DNA from: Chitinophagaceae bacterium
Lineage (GTDB): Bacteria > Bacteroidota > Bacteroidia > Chitinophagales > Chitinophagaceae
Direction: 5' to 3'
Assembly: GCA_034680125.1 (NCBI GenBank)
Contig: JAXITL010000001.1
Location: 12,918-76,917, forward strand
DNA length: 64,000 bases
Position 1 is the stretch's first letter; the number at the start of each line of letters is the position of its first letter. This document shows, one piece after another, positions 29,619 through 39,189 of this stretch. The notes below the pieces were generated by a model. That model worked only from the letters and a program-made list of their open reading frames with translations, was not told where the DNA came from and searched no databases. Both the position numbers and the translations under genes were made by a program.

Positions 29619-31974
29619 ATTGCTTAAAAATTTGCTGTTGATAAACACCATTAATCGAAACAAAATAGAAACCGGGAACCAAATGTTGTAGATCAATGCT
29701 TATTTTTTTTGCAGCAATTCCCTCTTTAGCAAAAACTTTTTGACCCATGCTATTATGAATAGTGATTGTTTCTAAAGTACCTGCCGATTCAAGATTAAGC
29801 CATTGCTGAATGGGATTGGGGAATATCATACAATCCATTTTAGCCTTTTCACTAATGCTTGAAGGTGCTTTGGGCAATGGGAAAATAAATTTGGCTAAAA
29901 AGCCATCATCAGCGCCTGCATGGGTATTTTGGTGTGATGAAGTTGTGGCAATAGCACTTGTACTTTTAGTCATGCCACATAGAAAAAGCTGTTCACCTGA
30001 AAGGGCAATATGTGAACCATAATCGGACATAGGACCGCCATAATAGCTGGCCCATTGCCTTTGGCCGCTATCATTAAAATGCAAAAGTATCGCATCATAT
30101 TCGCCTCCCAATGTCTTTTGGTATGCAGAGTCTGATGCAATGTTGAAAATACTATTGCTCATTCCGGCAACAAAGACATCCTTCATCCCCCTAATTTGTA
30201 CATCATAAGCCACCTCTTCACCCAAAAAACCATAATAGGTGCCCCATTGCCTGATACCATTTTTATTGAGCTTAGCTAAAAAAATATCATAAGGACCACC
30301 AGCCCAAGCTGTTTGGTATGCGCCTGGGCTAGCAATTTTATCGGCACTAAAAGTTGCGCCAACTAGATATACGTTTAAAGAATCGTCTACAGCGGAAGCA
30401 TAACAAATATCAGAAGCGGAACCGCCGTAATAAGTTGCCCATTGTCTTATTCCGTTTGAATTAAACTTAGCTACAAAGCCATCCGTACTCGTGCTACCAA
30501 CACCACCACTATAGGTCGGCTGGTGGCTGCCCGATGTAGCAATACCTGAGGGACTAGGACTTTGGCCAGTGATATACACATTACCCAATCGATCTGTGGT
30601 CAATTTATAGATCCTTTCGGCAAATACACCACCGTAATAGGTAGCCCATTGCCGTACACCTGAACTATTAAACTTAGCTAAATAAGCATCGTTCCAATCG
30701 GTACTGGCTATTGTTGGTTGATGACTACCAGGCGTGGCTATACCCGAAATACTATTTGTATGCCCACTAAGGAAAACATTACCCAAAGCATCAGTAGCTA
30801 CATAGGCATCAGCTTCTTGATTTTCGCCACCATAATAAGTGCCCCATTCCAATGCCCCTTCAAAACTAAATTTGGCTAAGAAGGCATCTTGCCCAAAACC
30901 GGTATGTGAAAAAGTGGATTGATGTGCCCCTGGGGTTGCGATACCGCTAGCACTAATAGTACTACCCGACAGATAAATGCCTGAATTACTGAGGGCTACA
31001 GCTGCACCAATATCACCACTAAAACCGCCATAATATGTGGCCCATTCTCTTAAACCATCTTGGGTCATCCTGAATAGAAAAGCATCTTGACTTGCGCTGG
31101 CATTGGTGGCTTTATAGGAACCAACTGTGGCTATATTACTGGTGCTCATTGTTGTACCTGCCGCATAAATTGCATTAGCATTCGTTTTGATCATACTGAT
31201 ATTATCTGAACCGGTACCGCCATAATATGTGGCCCAAACCAAGCTCGGATCGATGATTAGTTCGCCCTGAAAAGGGGCCAATTGATAGGATAGTTGTTGA
31301 TGATTTAATACAAATTGGGACGGAATCTGCTTTCCCTTTTTTTGATAGGATACTGGGGCAGATTCTGTTATTGCTCCCAAACTACACTGTGCAATTAAAT
31401 TGCCCTTTTGATCTATAAATAGTGCGTCTGTACCAGCATAGTTCAATTTGATGTCCGAAGCTTTTGCTCCAGCCGACAAATGAAATTCATGTTTCAATTG
31501 CTCTCCTTCTATAAAAAGTACCCAATCGATATGGGGATAAATATTTTTATAAGTGATTCTTGAATAAGAACAAGCCTTGACGTTGTTCAACCCTGGTAGA
31601 TGGTAATACTCGTAATAGGGGCTGCGCAGTTCCTTAATCAGCTGGGCATTAGGGTTGGCGCCTTCCAAAGCAACTTCCATTCTTGACCAATCAACCCCAA
31701 CATCAGTAAGTATATTTGAAGCTTGGTTTGGGTTATTTATCTTAGAAAATTGGTAAATTAATTTGTTGGGCCCTATAAATACACTCAATCCCTTTTCAGA
31801 AACCATTTTAAAATCAATGTCCTTGCGTACCTCATGATACTGATTATTGATTTGGCCCTTATTTTCAATAAAACACAATTCCGCACGATGAATGGGGGCA
31901 GCCTTTAGCTGCAGCTTGCCCAACAAAAGGAAAAGACAAATTATGAGGCAATAGACTTTAGCATTGGGATTCAT
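29617..31974 (-). CDS. SBBP (beta-propeller) repeat protein with a T9SS C-terminal sorting domain
   Basis: A signal peptide and seven W(A/G)(T/S)YYG(G/F) repeat cores. The C-terminus IFPNPIQQWLNLE...GFYFVSINGVYQQQIFKQ matches the T9SS CTD pattern. Confidence 0.85.
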   Translation of the reverse strand: MNPNAKVYCLIICLFLLLGKLQLKAAPIHRAELCFIENKGQINNQYHEVRKDIDFKMVSEKGLSVFIGPNKLIYQFSKINNPNQASNILTDVGVDWSRMEVALEGANPNAQLIKELRSPYYEYYHLPGLNNVKACSYSRITYKNIYPHIDWVLFIEGEQLKHEFHLSAGAKASDIKLNYAGTDALFIDQKGNLIAQCSLGAITESAPVSYQKKGKQIPSQFVLNHQQLSYQLAPFQGELIIDPSLVWATYYGGTGSDNISMIKTNANAIYAAGTTMSTSNIATVGSYKATNASASQDAFLFRMTQDGLREWATYYGGFSGDIGAAVALSNSGIYLSGSTISASGIATPGAHQSTFSHTGFGQDAFLAKFSFEGALEWGTYYGGENQEADAYVATDALGNVFLSGHTNSISGIATPGSHQPTIASTDWNDAYLAKFNSSGVRQWATYYGGVFAERIYKLTTDRLGNVYITGQSPSPSGIATSGSHQPTYSGGVGSTSTDGFVAKFNSNGIRQWATYYGGSASDICYASAVDDSLNVYLVGATFSADKIASPGAYQTAWAGGPYDIFLAKLNKNGIRQWGTYYGFLGEEVAYDVQIRGMKDVFVAGMSNSIFNIASDSAYQKTLGGEYDAILLHFNDSGQRQWASYYGGPMSDYGSHIALSGEQLFLCGMTKSTSAIATTSSHQNTHAGADDGFLAKFIFPLPKAPSSISEKAKMDCMIFPNPIQQWLNLESAGTLETITIHNSMGQKVFAKEGIAAKKISIDLQHLVPGFYFVSINGVYQQQIFKQ

Positions 31975-32106
31975 GGTTGTGGAATTTATTCAAATTTAAA
32001 GCTGAAATCATTTAGAAATCAACAAACCTAAAGAAAACATCACAACAGCCTTCAGTGAAAGAGCCCATAAACTGTTTCTATGCTCAAGAGTTACCCTAAC
32101 TGCATC

Positions 32107-32133
32107 AAAAAAGAGGCGTTAAGCCTCTTTTTT
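32107..32133 (-). terminator. Rho-independent terminator enclosing the stop codon of the upstream gene
   Basis: AAAAAAGAGGC / GCCTCTTTTTT with loop GTTAA. The TAA of the 32119..32490 gene lies in the loop. Confidence 0.6.
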
Positions 32134-32490
32134 TTCCTTCATTTTTTTACTAATAAAGTTGGTTACTAAACTAATTGCTTTCCACTTAGCATAGCCAAAC
32201 AATAGCTCTGATGTTGCTTTCCCAATAAATTGTCTTGCTGTTTTAGAAGCCACTTGCTTGATCAGAATAGGCATTGCCATCTCGACAACCGTATTCACTA
32301 GTTCGGCATATTTTGAATTACCCATTAAACGGGCAGTAAGCGAACTGATCTTTTTAGCCAAGAATGCATCATGATCTTGTTCCTTATCCCTTTCTTCAGT
32401 TAATTGCCGCTTAAGCTGTGCATTTTTCTTCAGGGACAAACGTTCTGCACGCAATTCTTCAATGCTATTTAATTGTTTATTATAGAGCAT
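32119..32490 (-). CDS. Hypothetical protein (third gene of the YtxH cluster)
   Basis: 123 aa, charged N-terminal half. Its start overlaps the upstream stop in a TAATG arrangement. Confidence 0.5.
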   Translation of the reverse strand: MLYNKQLNSIEELRAERLSLKKNAQLKRQLTEERDKEQDHDAFLAKKISSLTARLMGNSKYAELVNTVVEMAMPILIKQVASKTARQFIGKATSELLFGYAKWKAISLVTNFISKKMKEKKEA

Positions 32491-32882
32491 TATGCTTGCT
32501 TTTTATCCGATGATGAAATCTGCGCATCCCCATCATCCTCATCATCATCACACTTTTCGGTAAGAATAGATATGAACATATTGGATAGTTTGGTTAACAT
32601 TCGCTTCCGCAAGAGATACAAAAGCACCCCAATTAAAAGGTAAAAGGACGCAGCAATTAAATACCCTAACATATTATTGCCCAAAAGCTCTGAAAACAAC
32701 TCTGCTAAGCCTAAACCTACAAAAAGAAATACCCCAAAACCTAATAGTATAAAGACCAATAAAAAGATAAAATTGCTCATGAGACTTGAAGTGCGCTCGA
32801 TGAAATCAAGCTGCATCAAACGTACCTTGGTCTCAACGAGTGCAATAATTTTATCTTTCCATTTCTGTACTATATCCAACAA
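32490..32882 (-). CDS. Small membrane protein, holin-X/DUF1469-like
   Basis: 130 aa with two TM segments (FIFLLVFILLGFGVFLFVGLGL and GYLIAASFYLLIGVLLYLL) and an acidic tail. Confidence 0.5.
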   Translation of the reverse strand: MLDIVQKWKDKIIALVETKVRLMQLDFIERTSSLMSNFIFLLVFILLGFGVFLFVGLGLAELFSELLGNNMLGYLIAASFYLLIGVLLYLLRKRMLTKLSNMFISILTEKCDDDEDDGDAQISSSDKKQA

Positions 32883-32894
32883 AATATTATGGTA

Positions 32895-33089
32895 TTAGGC
32901 GTTAAAAATATCTTCTTCTAATTCTTTGCTTTTTTTGCTCAACTTGTCTTTGAGATCACTGAATTTATCTTTAAGGTTTGCCAAATCTTCTTGACGCTTA
33001 TCCTTATCGGTAGCTAATATATACCCCAATGCTGCGCCAATAGCTGCGCCTACGATTAAAGTTGCTACTGTTTTTCCTGCCTTTGCCAT
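32895..33089 (-). CDS. YtxH-domain protein
   Basis: MAKAGKTVATLIVGAAIGAALGYILA followed by a charged coiled region. The start is taken at the internal ATG (33089). Confidence 0.6.
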   Translation of the reverse strand: MAKAGKTVATLIVGAAIGAALGYILATDKDKRQEDLANLKDKFSDLKDKLSKKSKELEEDIFNA

Positions 33090-33240
33090 AGTTTTAAATT
33101 TTATGTGTTCCTTCAATGAACCGAAGGTAGGATACACATTGCTAACATAAATCCAATTCTATAATTTTATGATAAATCTCACATTAGCTATGGGAAATAG
33201 GGGTTTTTTGATGTGGCTTTTGAATTTGAATATAAAAGTC

Positions 33241-33248
33241 TATTTTTG
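33241..33248 (+). promoter_or_regulatory. Candidate -7 promoter box for sucD
   Basis: TATTTTTG lies 30 nt upstream of the ATG at 33279. Confidence 0.3.
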
Positions 33249-33278
33249 CTCGCTTTTTAAAAAACACAAATTCAAACT

Positions 33279-34151
33279 ATGGGCGTTTTAGTCAATAAAG
33301 ATTCTAAAGTAATTGTACAAGGATTTACCGGTACAGAAGGTACCTTCCATGCGACACAAATGATTGAATACGGTACTAATGTAGTTGGTGGCGTTACGCC
33401 CAATAAAGGGGGCACTACACATTTGGACAGACCCGTTTTTAACACAGTAAAAGATGCTGTAACCCAAGCTGGCGCTGACACTTCTATCATTTTTGTGCCA
33501 CCAGCATTTGCTGCTGATGCTATAATGGAAGCTGCTGATGCAGGAATCAAAGTGATTATTTGTATTACAGAAGGAATTCCAGTTCAAGATATGGTAAAAG
33601 CAAAAGCATTTGCTGCTACTAAAAATTGCACTTTAATTGGCCCTAACTGCCCTGGTGTTATCACAGCGGAAGAGGCTAAAGTAGGCATTATGCCTGGTTT
33701 TGTGTTTAAGAAAGGCCGCATTGGTATCGTTTCTAAATCTGGAACTTTAACTTACGAAGCAGCTGACCAAACAGTAAAATCTGGAATGGGCATTTCTACT
33801 GCTATCGGTATTGGTGGCGACCCAATTATTGGTACTACTACTAAAGAAGCGGTTGAATTATTAATGAACGATCCCGAAACGGATGGTATCATTATGATTG
33901 GTGAAATTGGTGGTGGTATGGAAGCAGAAGCAGCAAAATGGTTGAAAGACAATATGCGTAAACCTGTAGTTGGTTTTATTGCTGGTCAAACAGCTCCTGC
34001 TGGTCGTCGTATGGGTCATGCGGGTGCTATCGTAGGTGGTGCTGATGATACAGCTGCAGCTAAAATGAAAATCATGGCTGAATGTGGCATCCACGTTGTA
34101 GCTAGCCCTGCTGATATTGGAAAAACAATGGCTTCAGTTATTGGAAAATAA
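33279..34151 (+). CDS. sucD: Succinate--CoA ligase subunit alpha
   Basis: [23 protein letters not shown] and the phosphohistidine loop MGHAGAIV. Confidence 0.95.
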   Translation: MGVLVNKDSKVIVQGFTGTEGTFHATQMIEYGTNVVGGVTPNKGGTTHLDRPVFNTVKDAVTQAGADTSIIFVPPAFAADAIMEAADAGIKVIICITEGIPVQDMVKAKAFAATKNCTLIGPNCPGVITAEEAKVGIMPGFVFKKGRIGIVSKSGTLTYEAADQTVKSGMGISTAIGIGGDPIIGTTTKEAVELLMNDPETDGIIMIGEIGGGMEAEAAKWLKDNMRKPVVGFIAGQTAPAGRRMGHAGAIVGGADDTAAAKMKIMAECGIHVVASPADIGKTMASVIGK

Positions 34152-34175
34152 TAAGCACTAAGTGTTATAAATATT

Positions 34176-34212
34176 TTGGTAATTGGGCTTCGGTTCAATT
34201 ACCAATTTTTTT
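34176..34212 (+). terminator. Rho-independent terminator after sucD
   Basis: Perfect 10-bp stem TTGGTAATTG / CAATTACCAA followed by T7. Confidence 0.75.
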
Positions 34213-34240
34213 GAGTTTTACGTTCAAATTCTATTCAACA

Positions 34241-35335
34241 ATGGTATACAATGTTATTGGTTTAATGTCGGGCAGTTCCTTAGATGGTTTGGATATTTGT
34301 TTTGCGCAAATAGAAGAAACAAGAGGTAAATGGACCGCTCAAATATTAAATGCAGATTGTTATACTTATGAGGAGCAGTGGATCCAAAAACTCCGTCAGG
34401 CCACTCAATTACCCGTAGCTGAATTTTTAAAATTACACACCGAATATGGGCGTTATACCGGCGAATTGGTGAATCGTTTTATTGCCGCAAATGAGCTACA
34501 ACACAAAGTACATTTTGTTGCTTCACATGGCCATACCATATTACATGAGCCCGCTGCCCAAACAAGCTTTCAGCTTGGTGATGGGGCCAGTATTGCGGCG
34601 AGCATTAGCCTTCCGGTGATTAACGATTTACGCGCACTAGATGTTGCCCTAGGTGGACAAGGTGCACCCATTGTACCTATTGGTGATAAGTTGTTATTTG
34701 GTGCATATGATTTACTGCTCAATATCGGCGGCATTGCCAATATTAGCCTCCGAAAAGAAGATAATCAATATATTGGTTTTGATATTTGCGTAGCCAACCA
34801 AGCGCTTAACTTTCTAGCGCAAAAAACAGGTAAAGCCTATGATGAGGGCGGATCATTAGCTGCATCTGGCCAAGTTATTGAAGAGGAATTAGTCAAACTC
34901 GCAAGCAACGAATTTCTGGAGAAGGCTGCACCAAAATCTTTGAGCAACGAAGGGGCAATGGCCATGGTAAAGACTTTTGTAGAAAATGAAGAATACAGCC
35001 TAGCCGACAGAATGAATACTATGGTTCATTTTATAGCAGAACAAATTTGCCATTCGATTGTTCAGAACTTAGCAACCGAAAGTATAGCCCATAGAAAATT
35101 GTTAGCCACAGGAGGTGGAGCCTTTAATACTTATTTAATGCAAGTTTTATCTGACAAGTTGGCCACATTGGGTATAGAATTGACCATTCCTGATCCACAA
35201 ACTGTTGCCTTTAAAGAAGCTTTAGTAATGGCTCTAATCGGCACTTTGCGCTGGCGAGAAGAAAGCAATACGATTGCTAGTCAAACGGGTGCTTCTAAGG
35301 ATAGTGTTGGCGGCGCCTTTTGGATAGGGGCCTAG
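34241..35335 (+). CDS. anmK: Anhydro-N-acetylmuramic acid kinase
   Basis: MVYNVIGLMSGSSLDGLD N-terminus with an ASKHA fold. The ATG at 34241 lies after the sucD terminator. Confidence 0.88.
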   Translation: MVYNVIGLMSGSSLDGLDICFAQIEETRGKWTAQILNADCYTYEEQWIQKLRQATQLPVAEFLKLHTEYGRYTGELVNRFIAANELQHKVHFVASHGHTILHEPAAQTSFQLGDGASIAASISLPVINDLRALDVALGGQGAPIVPIGDKLLFGAYDLLLNIGGIANISLRKEDNQYIGFDICVANQALNFLAQKTGKAYDEGGSLAASGQVIEEELVKLASNEFLEKAAPKSLSNEGAMAMVKTFVENEEYSLADRMNTMVHFIAEQICHSIVQNLATESIAHRKLLATGGGAFNTYLMQVLSDKLATLGIELTIPDPQTVAFKEALVMALIGTLRWREESNTIASQTGASKDSVGGAFWIGA

Positions 35336-35397
35336 ATTAAGTCTGGTCTTTTTTTAAGCTACAAAGCCTAGCTTGTAATGTTAATAAAAGAGATCAA

Positions 35398-36306
35398 CTA
35401 CATCATGGCTAGTTGTGTTCCCTCTAGACCAACTACCAATGTATAAGGCACACCCAATACTAGTGTATGATTCACCTCATCATGACCACAGGCAAAATTA
35501 AAGGCCATGGGAAAATCGTATTCTTTGACTTTATCACTGATAATTTGCTCCAATGTTTGACCAAAAGGACGATCGGTATCTTCAATATCAGTAAAGCTGC
35601 CTACTAAGAGACCTTTCAATTTACTGAGTTGCCCTGAGCGTTTAAGGTTAAGCAACATCCTATCGATATGATATAAATGCTCGCCTATATCTTCTATAAA
35701 AAGAATTTTATCGTCTGTATCTATTTGGGCATCAGAGCCCGTTAAATGTGCCAACATGGCCAAATTACCACCGACTATTTTAGCGCTAACCTGCCCCACT
35801 CTATTGTATTCGCTTGCAGGAAAATGATAGCTCAAATCCTCACCCATCAAGGCTTTGCGCAAGCTAAGGATATAATCTTTTTCTTCGGTTTCGGGCTTGA
35901 ATGCCCCACACATCACTGAGTGAATTGTAGGAATACCAAACTGAGCTTGAATATGACTGTGTAAAACAGTGATATCACTGAAGCCACAAATCCATTTTGG
36001 ATGTTGTACAAATTGGGTAAAGTCTATTTGATCTATAATACGGCTAAGCCCATAACCACCGCGCCCCATAAGGATGGCATCGAGCTTAGGGTCATCAAGC
36101 ATGTCTTGCAAATCGGCCAAACGGGTAGCATCATCACCCGAAAAATAATGAAATTCATTGCCAACCGTTTTGCCCAAACGTGTTTTAAAACCCCATTTTT
36201 CTAGTACAACAGTAGCGTATTGTACTCTTTCGGCAGACACATAACCTGAAGGGCATGTAATACCAATTGTGGCGCCAGGCTTAAGAAAGGGAGGATTATT
36301 TTGCAA
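35398..36306 (-). CDS. ldcA: LD-carboxypeptidase (S66, muramoyltetrapeptide carboxypeptidase)
   Basis: Nucleophile context CGFSDITVLH, plus FIEDIGE and a late CGH histidine. Confidence 0.85.
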   Translation of the reverse strand: MQNNPPFLKPGATIGITCPSGYVSAERVQYATVVLEKWGFKTRLGKTVGNEFHYFSGDDATRLADLQDMLDDPKLDAILMGRGGYGLSRIIDQIDFTQFVQHPKWICGFSDITVLHSHIQAQFGIPTIHSVMCGAFKPETEEKDYILSLRKALMGEDLSYHFPASEYNRVGQVSAKIVGGNLAMLAHLTGSDAQIDTDDKILFIEDIGEHLYHIDRMLLNLKRSGQLSKLKGLLVGSFTDIEDTDRPFGQTLEQIISDKVKEYDFPMAFNFACGHDEVNHTLVLGVPYTLVVGLEGTQLAMM

Positions 36307-36364
36307 TGTTTAATGTTTAATGTTTAACTGGTTTGAAGAAAAAGGAATTGTCAATTTTCCATGA

Positions 36365-37354
36365 TCAACTTTCAATTTCACTGTATTTCTCTTCTACTTC
36401 TTGTAAAATGCCATACAATTCTTGTACATCCATGGTATTAACCAAGCGATTCCGAAAATCTTTTACGTGTGATAAACCTCTAAGATAATTGGCATAATGA
36501 CGGCGCATTTCTAATATACCCAAGCCTTCGCCTTTCCACTGAATAGAACCATCCAAGTGCTTGCGGCAAGCAGCCAAACGCTCTTGAATAGTGGGGGCTT
36601 CAAGGGTTTCGCCCGTAGCAAGGTAATGTTTTACCTCTCTAAATATCCAAGGATAACCAATTGCAGCTCTACCAATCATAATGCCATCTACGCCATAACG
36701 CTCTTTATATTCTTTGGCTTTTTGAGGGCTATCAATATCTCCATTCCCAAAGATGGGAATTTTGATGCGGGGATTGTTCTTCACTTTAGCAATAAGCGTC
36801 CAGTCGGCCTCGCCTTTATACAATTGTGCGCGTGTACGTCCGTGAATACTTAAGGCAGCAATACCCACATCCTGTAATCGCTCCGCAACTTCTTCAATAT
36901 TCTTGGAGTTATCATCCCATCCTAGACGGGTTTTCACTGTAACGGGCAAAGTCGTGTTGTTGACACAGGCTTTGGTAAGGCGCACCATCAAATCCACATC
37001 TTTCAATACAGCGGCACCCGCTCCTTTACAGACCACCTTTTTTACAGGGCAACCAAAATTGATATCCAATAAATCGGGTTGCGTAGCATCTACAATTTTG
37101 GCAGAAAGTGCCATGGCCTCTTCATCGCCACCAAAAATCTGAATGCCTACTGGGCGTTCATAATCGAAAATATCCAACTTCTGCCGACTTTTGATGGCAT
37201 CGCGAATAAGCCCCTCGGTAGAGATAAATTCGGTATACATAAGGTCGGCACCATAATCTTTACAAACAGCACGAAAAGGCGGATCGCTTACATCCTCCAT
37301 AGGGGCAAGCAAAAGCGGAAAATCCGGTAATTCTATATTGGCAATTTTAACCAT
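36365..37354 (-). CDS. dusB: tRNA-dihydrouridine synthase B
   Basis: LLLAPMEDVSDPPFR, DINFGCP and HGRTR motifs. Confidence 0.9.
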   Translation of the reverse strand: MVKIANIELPDFPLLLAPMEDVSDPPFRAVCKDYGADLMYTEFISTEGLIRDAIKSRQKLDIFDYERPVGIQIFGGDEEAMALSAKIVDATQPDLLDINFGCPVKKVVCKGAGAAVLKDVDLMVRLTKACVNNTTLPVTVKTRLGWDDNSKNIEEVAERLQDVGIAALSIHGRTRAQLYKGEADWTLIAKVKNNPRIKIPIFGNGDIDSPQKAKEYKERYGVDGIMIGRAAIGYPWIFREVKHYLATGETLEAPTIQERLAACRKHLDGSIQWKGEGLGILEMRRHYANYLRGLSHVKDFRNRLVNTMDVQELYGILQEVEEKYSEIES

Positions 37355-37455
37355 AATTTCAGGGAGCGAAGTTAAGGCGATAATCCATTCGGGCTACCAT
37401 TTGTCTAAAAACAAAACGCATCGGAAGAGCTATATTTGTATCGAGATTATATTAT

Positions 37456-38007
37456 ATGGTATTGAGCACAGAGCAGATTATTGCACAAACAAAAAACTGG
37501 GTAAAAGAAATAGTGATTGGCTGTGGCTTTTGCCCCTTTGCCCATAAAGTTTTTATAGAGAATAGTATTCGATATGTAGTGATTGAGGGGACCTCCCTGC
37601 ATGAGCATCCTATGCTTGTTTTATCAGAAATGCAATTATTGGAGAAAGACCCAACTATCGAAACGACATTAATTGTTTTTTCGGAGGCCTATCAACAATT
37701 TAGCGCTTATTTACAATTGGTAAAACAAACAGAAAAACTTAGTGTAAGAAAGGGTTATGAAGGAACATTTCAGATTGCTAGCTTTCATCCAGAATATATT
37801 TTTGGTGATGCACCCGAACATGAGGCCTCTCATTATACCAACCGCTCACCATACCCTATGCTACATTTATTGCGCGAAGAAAGCCTGAGTAAGGCTATTT
37901 CTTTTCATCCCAACCCAGAAGCTATACCCCAAACCAACATTGATTTTACCAATGAAAAAGGCATCGAATTCATGAAACAACTATTGCAAAAGGCCATGAA
38001 GATGTAA
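37456..38007 (+). CDS. DUF1415-family protein
   Basis: N-terminal WVKEIVIGCGFCPFAHKVF motif and the matching size (183 aa). Confidence 0.65.
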   Translation: MVLSTEQIIAQTKNWVKEIVIGCGFCPFAHKVFIENSIRYVVIEGTSLHEHPMLVLSEMQLLEKDPTIETTLIVFSEAYQQFSAYLQLVKQTEKLSVRKGYEGTFQIASFHPEYIFGDAPEHEASHYTNRSPYPMLHLLREESLSKAISFHPNPEAIPQTNIDFTNEKGIEFMKQLLQKAMKM

Positions 38008-38149
38008 TCCAATCCCCAAAGCATCAATTGCTGTGCCAATAAAGCACAACACAGAAAGAAATTGAATTTACTTTAGATAGTTTTTTGAATAAAAGATACT
38101 GGCAACAAATGATACAAAGGAAAACACAAATACAAAATGTTTGATAGCT

Positions 38150-39025
38150 CTATACCGTGTCCATAAAGCTCTTTTCTACTTTATTAAAAATAACCGTACC
38201 CAAAAGGACGACGACCAAGGTAAAAACACTCGCATAAACCAAGCCTCCCCAAGAAAAGGAGCCACCACCTGCACCCAAAAATGCATAACGGAAAGTTTCA
38301 ATAACAGGGGTCATTGGATTGAGCATAAGCACAGCCTTAATACCGGGCTTCATACTTAAAGAACTAATGGGATAGATAACAGGAGTAGCATACATGAGCA
38401 ATTGAACAGCGAAGCTGAGCAAAAAAACAAGATCGCGATACTTGTTGGTCATTGCAGTAACAATGAGCCCAAAGCCCAAACCTAGTCCGCCCATTATCAA
38501 TACCAAAAAGGGTAAAAGTGCAATAGTTGCATTGGGATGAATAACATCCGAAGTACTCAAATAATAAAGCCAATAGATAAAAAACAAAACAAATTGTATA
38601 CCCAACTTGATCAAATTGCTGACTACAATGGACAAAGGCATTATTAATCGAGGAAAATAAACTTTGCCAAAAACGGAGGCATTATCCCTAAAAACAGTTG
38701 AAGTTTTATTGAGACAATCGGCAAAATAGGCCCAAAGTGTTGTGCCAGCCATATAAAATAAAATTGCAGGAACAGTGCCTGTTTGAATACCTGCTATATT
38801 ATTGAAAACAAACTGAAAAGTATAGGCGGTAATTAAGGGTTGCAGAAAAAACCAAATAGGACCTAAAATAGTTTGCTTGTAAGTAGCCACAAAATCTCGT
38901 CGTACAAGCAAAGCCAGTAAGTCGCGGTAGCGCCATACTTCTTTTAATTGCAAATCGAATAGACTGCTTTGGGGCTGAATCACTTCAGTCCATTGTTCCT
39001 GAGTATAGGTATGATTTTTTTCCAT
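38150..39025 (-). CDS. ABC-2 type polysaccharide/polyol-phosphate export permease (Wzm/TagG-like)
   Basis: LVRRDFVATYKQTILGPIWFFLQPL signature and six TM segments. Confidence 0.85.
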   Translation of the reverse strand: MEKNHTYTQEQWTEVIQPQSSLFDLQLKEVWRYRDLLALLVRRDFVATYKQTILGPIWFFLQPLITAYTFQFVFNNIAGIQTGTVPAILFYMAGTTLWAYFADCLNKTSTVFRDNASVFGKVYFPRLIMPLSIVVSNLIKLGIQFVLFFIYWLYYLSTSDVIHPNATIALLPFLVLIMGGLGLGFGLIVTAMTNKYRDLVFLLSFAVQLLMYATPVIYPISSLSMKPGIKAVLMLNPMTPVIETFRYAFLGAGGGSFSWGGLVYASVFTLVVVLLGTVIFNKVEKSFMDTV

Positions 39026-39189
39026 TGTGAATCGCTTGCAAAGATAGCAGAAAATGAAGGATATAGTCTCAAAAATGCACTTTGTCCATTATGCTCATTT
39101 CCTTTATGAAAAGACCAATTGCAGGTAACAAATTTGCTTTTACCAATAGTTTTGACCAATTTTAGAGCCCTTTTATAAAAATTTAAAGA

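Noticed and set aside
32119-33137. A YtxH / holin-X-like / small-protein triplet that could be read as a phage lysis cassette.
   Set aside because: No endolysin, spanin or any other phage gene is nearby. The triplet is flanked by housekeeping genes, and this kind of trio looks like a general stress or membrane cluster.
33272-34198. Antisense ORFs of 60-99 aa opposite sucD.
   Set aside because: sucD is unambiguous. The antisense frames are open only because of codon bias (Gly/Ala-rich sense codons).
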